A stretch of 31,618 nucleotides of DNA from Elusimicrobiota bacterium (lineage in GTDB: Bacteria > CG03 > SLGR01 > JBDRKX01). The stretch's first letter is position 1, and every line of letters starts with the position of its first letter. The notes beneath the pieces are model-generated. The model searched no databases. It was not told where the DNA came from and saw only the letters and a list, made by a program, of their open reading frames with translations. The position numbers and the translations under genes are program-made. Location of the stretch: the NCBI GenBank assembly GCA_043813605.1, contig JBDRKX010000042.1, positions 1 through 31,618 on the forward strand, in the 5' to 3' direction. This document shows, piece after piece, positions 27,162 to 31,618 of this stretch.

Positions 27162-27188
27162 ATCGTCCTCCTTATACATCTATGGCAT

Positions 27189-27599
27189 TCATATGCCGGA
27201 ATCCATCGGACCGAGAGATCTTACCCTTTCCGTCATCTCATTTACCACTTTGGAGAACTTTTCCCCCTCACTAGCCGAAACCCAGTCAAGCAGAAGCCTT
27301 TCATTTTCTATTCCGAACTGCTCCAGCATATTCTTCAGGAGACGGTATCTTTTCAGCATATTGTAATTACCCTCTTTATAATGACAGTCTCCCGGATGAC
27401 AACCCAGTATCATCACTCCGTCGGCGCCTTCCTGAAAGGATTTTACTACAAGCTGCGGATCTACACGCCCGCTGCACATGACCCTTACTATCCTGACATT
27501 CGGAGGTACTTCCCTGCGCGCACTTCCTGCCATGTCCGCCCCCGCATAAGAACACCAGTTACAGAGAAATGCGATGATCTTCGGACTATAATCATTCAT
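27189..27599 (-). CDS. mvhD: MvhD [2Fe-2S] subunit
   Basis: FLCNWCSYAGAD, RVMCSGRVD, GCHPGDCHY and WVSASEG. 8-nt overlap with hdrA. Confidence 0.96.
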   Translation of the reverse strand: MNDYSPKIIAFLCNWCSYAGADMAGSARREVPPNVRIVRVMCSGRVDPQLVVKSFQEGADGVMILGCHPGDCHYKEGNYNMLKRYRLLKNMLEQFGIENERLLLDWVSASEGEKFSKVVNEMTERVRSLGPMDSGI

Positions 27600-29559
27600 T
27601 ACCGCCTCCTGTCACCAATGCCGATATTTCAGCGATTATCTGCTTGTTTTTAAAATGGCGGCCGGAAGCCGCCCCTCCGGGGCATACTGCGGCACATGTG
27701 CCGCAGCCTTTACAGAGTACTTCACTGATAACCGTGATCTTTTTTTCTTCGTCATATGTTATCGCCTTGTAGGGACATACCTGGATACATGTCTTACAGC
27801 CGCTGCACAGATCCTCATCTGTTTCCGATATTACGGCCTCAAGTTCAAGCTGCTCCCCGGGTACGAGGCCGGATAATACCCGGCCCGCTGCTGCCGCTCC
27901 CTGGGCCACAGATGACTGTATATCCTTCGGGCCCTGGTTACAACCGGCAATAAATATACCCTCGGTCATCGTGGAAACAGGTTCCAGTTTGGCATTCTGC
28001 TCCTCGAAAAAACCGTCTTCAGCCCGGCTGACCGAGAACATATCAGCTACCTGCCCGGCATTTGAAGCAGCTTCTATCGCCGGGCATAATATGACCATGT
28101 CCGCTTCTATAGCAATTGCCCGGCCGCTTATGTCGACGCAGTTCACTCTCAAACCCGACCCGTTATCAGCCACTTCTATATTATTCGGACCTGAGACTTG
28201 TACTGTCCTGACACCTTTTTCAACAGTTGCATCATAGAACTGCTGGTACCCTTTACCGGGCAGGGTCCAGTCCCGGTATACCTGCACAACATCGGTATTT
28301 TCAAGCTTTTCTTTGATCATCGCCGCAAATTTCACCGAATACATACAGCAGACAGAAGAACAATGACCGTTATGTTCCCTGTCACGCGAACCTACACAGT
28401 GTATTATGGCAATAGAACCCGGTTCACGCCCGCCCTTCATGAGTATTTTGCCCTCAGTAGGTCCGGTTGAACTCAATATACGCTCGAATTCAAGACTCGT
28501 ATAGACTTCCTTATGTTCACCGTAACCAAGAGAAGGCAGTTTGGTACAGTCAAAGATATCGAAACCTGTTGCAAGAACGATACCCCCGACATTCTTCTCG
28601 ATCAGTTCGTCTTCGTCTTCATATTTGATGGCCTCGAACGGACAGGCATCACGGCAGACAGTACATTCCTCTCCGTTATACCTGAGGCAGTTCTGCCGGT
28701 CTATAACAGGAACATTAGGAAGAGCGCCCGGATAAGGAACATATATTGCCTTTCTTTCACTCAATCCTTCATCAAACTCGTTCTTTACGCTTACGGGACA
28801 CGGCTCGTAACACGCGCCGCATCCGATACATTTATCCATATCTACGGAACGGGCTTTCTTCCTTATCTTTACCGCAAAATTACCGTAAAATCCCAGTACT
28901 TCTTCAACTTCGCTGTTTGTAAGTACTTCTATGTTATCATCATGGAGTAACTCATCCAGTTTGGGTTCGAGCATACAGGACGCGCATTCAAGATTCGGGA
29001 AAACATCCTCATACCGCGCTACACGGCCGCCGACCGAAGGACTCTTCTCCACAAGATAGACTTTCCTTCCTTTCTGCGCCATTGTAAGAGCAGCTTCTAT
29101 TCCGGACACTCCGGAGCCTATCACAAGCCCGTCAGGCACACAGTCTATCTTCTTCTTTTCCAGAGGTTCATGGAGCATAACCCTCTTAACCGCGGCCCGT
29201 ATAAATGCTTTTGCTTTTTCTGTAGCCTGATCTTTATCGGGTGTAACCCAGGCGCACTGCTCTCTGATATTGACCATCTGCATCAAGTACGGATTAAGGC
29301 CGGCCGAATCAAGCGCCTTCATAAAGGTAGATTCATGCTGTTTGGGTGAACAGGCCGCGATAACTACTCTTTTAAGTCCGTTTTCTTCTATCTCGGTTTT
29401 CAGGAATTCTTTTCCTTCTTCTGAACAGAGAAGCTTATGATTTTTTGCCAGGTTGACATCCTCAAGACCTGATGCGAATTCAATGAGTTTTTCGATTTCA
29501 AGAGCGCCCGCGATATTTGTGCCGCAATCACATATATAAACTCCTGTTTTTTCGCTCAT
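27592..29559 (-). CDS. hdrA: Heterodisulfide reductase subunit A (FAD / Fe-S)
   Basis: YICDCGTNIA, ACSP, NIREQCAW, VIGSGVSG, inserted and C-terminal ferredoxin motifs, LEFER, CVGSRD...CSSVCCMYSVK, QGPKDI. Confidence 0.96.
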   Translation of the reverse strand: MSEKTGVYICDCGTNIAGALEIEKLIEFASGLEDVNLAKNHKLLCSEEGKEFLKTEIEENGLKRVVIAACSPKQHESTFMKALDSAGLNPYLMQMVNIREQCAWVTPDKDQATEKAKAFIRAAVKRVMLHEPLEKKKIDCVPDGLVIGSGVSGIEAALTMAQKGRKVYLVEKSPSVGGRVARYEDVFPNLECASCMLEPKLDELLHDDNIEVLTNSEVEEVLGFYGNFAVKIRKKARSVDMDKCIGCGACYEPCPVSVKNEFDEGLSERKAIYVPYPGALPNVPVIDRQNCLRYNGEECTVCRDACPFEAIKYEDEDELIEKNVGGIVLATGFDIFDCTKLPSLGYGEHKEVYTSLEFERILSSTGPTEGKILMKGGREPGSIAIIHCVGSRDREHNGHCSSVCCMYSVKFAAMIKEKLENTDVVQVYRDWTLPGKGYQQFYDATVEKGVRTVQVSGPNNIEVADNGSGLRVNCVDISGRAIAIEADMVILCPAIEAASNAGQVADMFSVSRAEDGFFEEQNAKLEPVSTMTEGIFIAGCNQGPKDIQSSVAQGAAAAGRVLSGLVPGEQLELEAVISETDEDLCSGCKTCIQVCPYKAITYDEEKKITVISEVLCKGCGTCAAVCPGGAASGRHFKNKQIIAEISALVTGGGNE

Positions 29560-29602
29560 CTTTTCCGCCCCTGATTAATACAAAGATTTTTTTCAAACAT
29601 AA

Positions 29603-30265
29603 CTAATGAATTTCTCGTTTTCTTTTTTTTACCCAATCGGTCCATTTATCGAATCCTTCGCCGGTCTTTGCGGATATTCTGATTATTTCAATTGCCGGAT
29701 TTGTCTTCCTGGCGTTTTCTTCAAGCATATCTATGTCAAAATCGAGTACATCCAGAAGATCGCACTTGTTTATCAGCAGCAATCCGGCTTTACTGAAAAC
29801 CAGCGGGTATTTAAGCGGTTTATCTTCGCCTTCTGTTGTGCTTAGTATCACTATATCCGTATGAGCTCCTGTATCGAACTCGGCAGGACAGACCAGATTG
29901 CCGATATTTTCTATAAAAAGTATATCGACATTATCAAGGCCTATTTCAGAACTGGCTTCTCTTATCCATGAGGATTCCAGGTGGCAATCGCCTCCGAACG
30001 GACCGGTATTGATCGATACAACAGGCACATTGTGAGCAGACAGCCTCTCGGCGTCAAGTGATGTTTCTATGTCTCCTTCTATTACGCCTATTCTGAATTC
30101 CCGGCCCATTAGCTCCAGGGTCCTGTCTATAACAGCCGTCTTCCCTGAACCGGGTGAACTCATCATATTTACAGCATATACATTTTTTAAACTGAAATCG
30201 TTTCTCAGTTCTTCAGCAACACGGTCGTTGGCGGCAAGCATCTTTTTCAGGATCTTTATTTCCAC
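29603..30265 (-). CDS. hypB: Hydrogenase nickel-insertion GTPase HypB
   Basis: SSPGSGKT, IEGD, CHL, ENIGNLVCPAEFD, DKPLKYP and NKCD. GTG start with GGAGG SD. Confidence 0.96.
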   Translation of the reverse strand: MEIKILKKMLAANDRVAEELRNDFSLKNVYAVNMMSSPGSGKTAVIDRTLELMGREFRIGVIEGDIETSLDAERLSAHNVPVVSINTGPFGGDCHLESSWIREASSEIGLDNVDILFIENIGNLVCPAEFDTGAHTDIVILSTTEGEDKPLKYPLVFSKAGLLLINKCDLLDVLDFDIDMLEENARKTNPAIEIIRISAKTGEGFDKWTDWVKKRKREIH

Positions 30266-30269
30266 CGGA

Positions 30270-30620
30270 TCAGACCTCCTCCGCCTGTATCGATTCTATA
30301 AAGAGTTCTCTGCCGCTCAATATTTTTGCCCGCCGCGATGCGCAGCAGGGACATATAAAAACGAACTCATCTTCCATACCGAACTCCGCAGAGCAGTTTT
30401 CACATCTTGCCCTGAACGGTATTACATCCAGTTTCATCTCTGACTTTTCGAGTACAGTGCCCTCTTTAACCGTTTCAAAAGCGAATTTCAGCGATTCCGG
30501 CGCCACGCCGGAGAACTCACCCACTTTTATACATATACTCTTTATTTCGAGAGGCCCTCTTTCCGAAATACTGTCTTCGACAATACCGATCATATTCTGG
30601 ATTATTGATAGTTCATGCAC
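30270..30620 (-). CDS. hypA: Hydrogenase nickel metallochaperone HypA
   Basis: N-terminal MHELS, two CxxC motifs (CENC, CPCC) and GREL. Confidence 0.96.
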   Translation of the reverse strand: MHELSIIQNMIGIVEDSISERGPLEIKSICIKVGEFSGVAPESLKFAFETVKEGTVLEKSEMKLDVIPFRARCENCSAEFGMEDEFVFICPCCASRRAKILSGRELFIESIQAEEV

Positions 30621-31077
30621 TGAACTGCTCCTTTATTATCTGCGCTACGACAGAAGGTATTGACGCTTCTACCAGAGGAGTACACTCCTCACTGTAAGTA
30701 TTATTATCCATTATCTCGACAGCATATATCGATATGTCTCCGGGCATCTTGCGGTTCAGTTTCCTGCCGAGCAATATTGCTGTCGGAAGGTTCACGTTAT
30801 GACATGTAGAAAGATTAACGGCATAATCCAGATCTTCTATTGAAAGTTTTATTAAAGTACCCGGGGGATTATCACCGGTTTTTATAGAATCGATTATTAC
30901 CAGTTTTTCATATCCGTCCATTTCATCAAGCAGGCTGATACCTGTCGCGGTTAATTCGCGCACCTCGGCCGGCACAGCGGCTTTCTTTAATCCAGCTGCC
31001 ACTTTGATCCCTACTGAATCATCAGATAATATCTGGTTTCCTATACCAAGTACAAGTGTCCTTTTTTTTGATGCCAT
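30613..31077 (-). CDS. Hydrogenase maturation endopeptidase (HycI/HybD family)
   Basis: VLGIGNQILSDDSVG, IIDSI and STCH motifs; overlaps hypA by 8 nt. Confidence 0.92.
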   Translation of the reverse strand: MASKKRTLVLGIGNQILSDDSVGIKVAAGLKKAAVPAEVRELTATGISLLDEMDGYEKLVIIDSIKTGDNPPGTLIKLSIEDLDYAVNLSTCHNVNLPTAILLGRKLNRKMPGDISIYAVEIMDNNTYSEECTPLVEASIPSVVAQIIKEQFSA

Positions 31078-31080
31078 ATG

Positions 31081-31554
31081 TTATATATCTTTTAGCGTGT
31101 CTTTCTCGAGTTCCGACAGTATCTTCTCCACGTTTAAAATTATTACCAGCCGGTTCTCAAGTTTTCCTACACCGCTCAGATATTCAGTGCCCACATGGGA
31201 TATCGTCGGCGGCAGCTCATCAATATCCTCCGAACTCATGCGCAGCACTTCCGATACGGCGTCAACCACAAGTCCCAGTGACTGATCTTCGACGATTACT
31301 ACGACTATCCTGGTTCTCTCGTCATGTCCTTTCTCTTTAAAACGGAACTTTTTTCTGAGATCGAGTATAGGTATTATCCTCCCTCTGAGATTGATAACAC
31401 CTTCAATAAAATCGGGCATATCCGGAACTCTCGTGATCTCCTGCATGCGTATCAGACTCTCAACATACATTATGGGAATTCCGTATTCCTCTTTGTCCAG
31501 CCGGGTGACGACAAACTGCTCAAACGCTTCTTTTGTTTTCCCTTCTTCATTCAT
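31081..31554 (-). CDS. cheW: Chemotaxis coupling protein CheW
   Basis: EEYGIPI, ITRVPDMPDFIEGVINLRGRIIPILDLR and GLVVDAVSEV. Confidence 0.97.
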   Translation of the reverse strand: MNEEGKTKEAFEQFVVTRLDKEEYGIPIMYVESLIRMQEITRVPDMPDFIEGVINLRGRIIPILDLRKKFRFKEKGHDERTRIVVVIVEDQSLGLVVDAVSEVLRMSSEDIDELPPTISHVGTEYLSGVGKLENRLVIILNVEKILSELEKDTLKDI

Positions 31555-31618
31555 AGTAGATACCTTCTGTTATATTAGATACGAATTCTACGGCCGCTTT
31601 TGCTGTAACTATAAGTCC
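31547..31618 (-). CDS. Possible 3' end of an unidentified upstream gene (partial)
   Basis: Open frame from the window edge (GLIVTAKAAVEFVSNITEGIYYE*) ends in an 8-nt ATGAATGA overlap with cheW, the same overlap seen at hdrA/mvhD. Only 23 codons are visible. Confidence 0.35.
   Translation of the reverse strand, partial: GLIVTAKAAVEFVSNITEGIYYE

Noticed and set aside
24317..29559. Selenocysteine recoding in MvhA, MvhD or HdrA
   Set aside because: All the relevant motifs are encoded with Cys, the ORFs are full length, and no in-frame TGA interrupts them.
8636..29559. sHdr-LbpA sulfur oxidation system (HdrA + TusA + GcvH-like + lipoate ligase + LpdA)
   Set aside because: GcvH sits in a canonical gcvT-H-P operon on the opposite strand, HdrA is the long Mvh-associated type, and sHdrB/C, DsrE and LipS genes are absent.
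1..31618. CRISPR arrays, tRNA/rRNA genes, IS elements, integrases or defence systems
   Set aside because: The window is almost fully tiled by identifiable CDSs. I saw no regularly spaced direct repeats, transposase or integrase ORFs, or RNA-gene signatures, and the largest gap is 209 nt.

Overview
Bacterial window from a probable anaerobe: it has a peptidoglycan D,D-carboxypeptidase, sigma70-type promoters and Shine-Dalgarno sites. It has four blocks. (1) An alpha-glucan/glycogen cluster at 2-5948: a 5'-truncated GT35 phosphorylase and a GH57 glucanotransferase facing a GT4 glycosyltransferase and a second GH57. (2) A D-Ala-D-Ala carboxypeptidase. (3) A complete glycine cleavage and lipoylation operon at 7541-14844 (gcvT-H-PA-PB, lipoate ligase, lipA, lpdA). 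(4) A ~17 kb minus-strand cluster in which a group 3c [NiFe]-hydrogenase/HdrA module (protease-hypA-hypB-hdrA-mvhD-mvhG-mvhA-tusA, no hdrBC) sits between cheW and the rest of a chemosensory operon (soluble Cys-PAS MCP, cheR-cheY, cheB, cheA, two receivers, cheC, cheC, cheD, receiver). Block 4 is the main candidate for an undescribed system, a possible H2/redox-coupled chemosensory module. Supporting oddities are a ~140-aa duplicated coiled-coil tail on MvhG, a membrane-less receptor with a Cys-rich PAS domain, and an in-frame CheR-CheY read-through. All calls come from motif recognition; no database searches were run.
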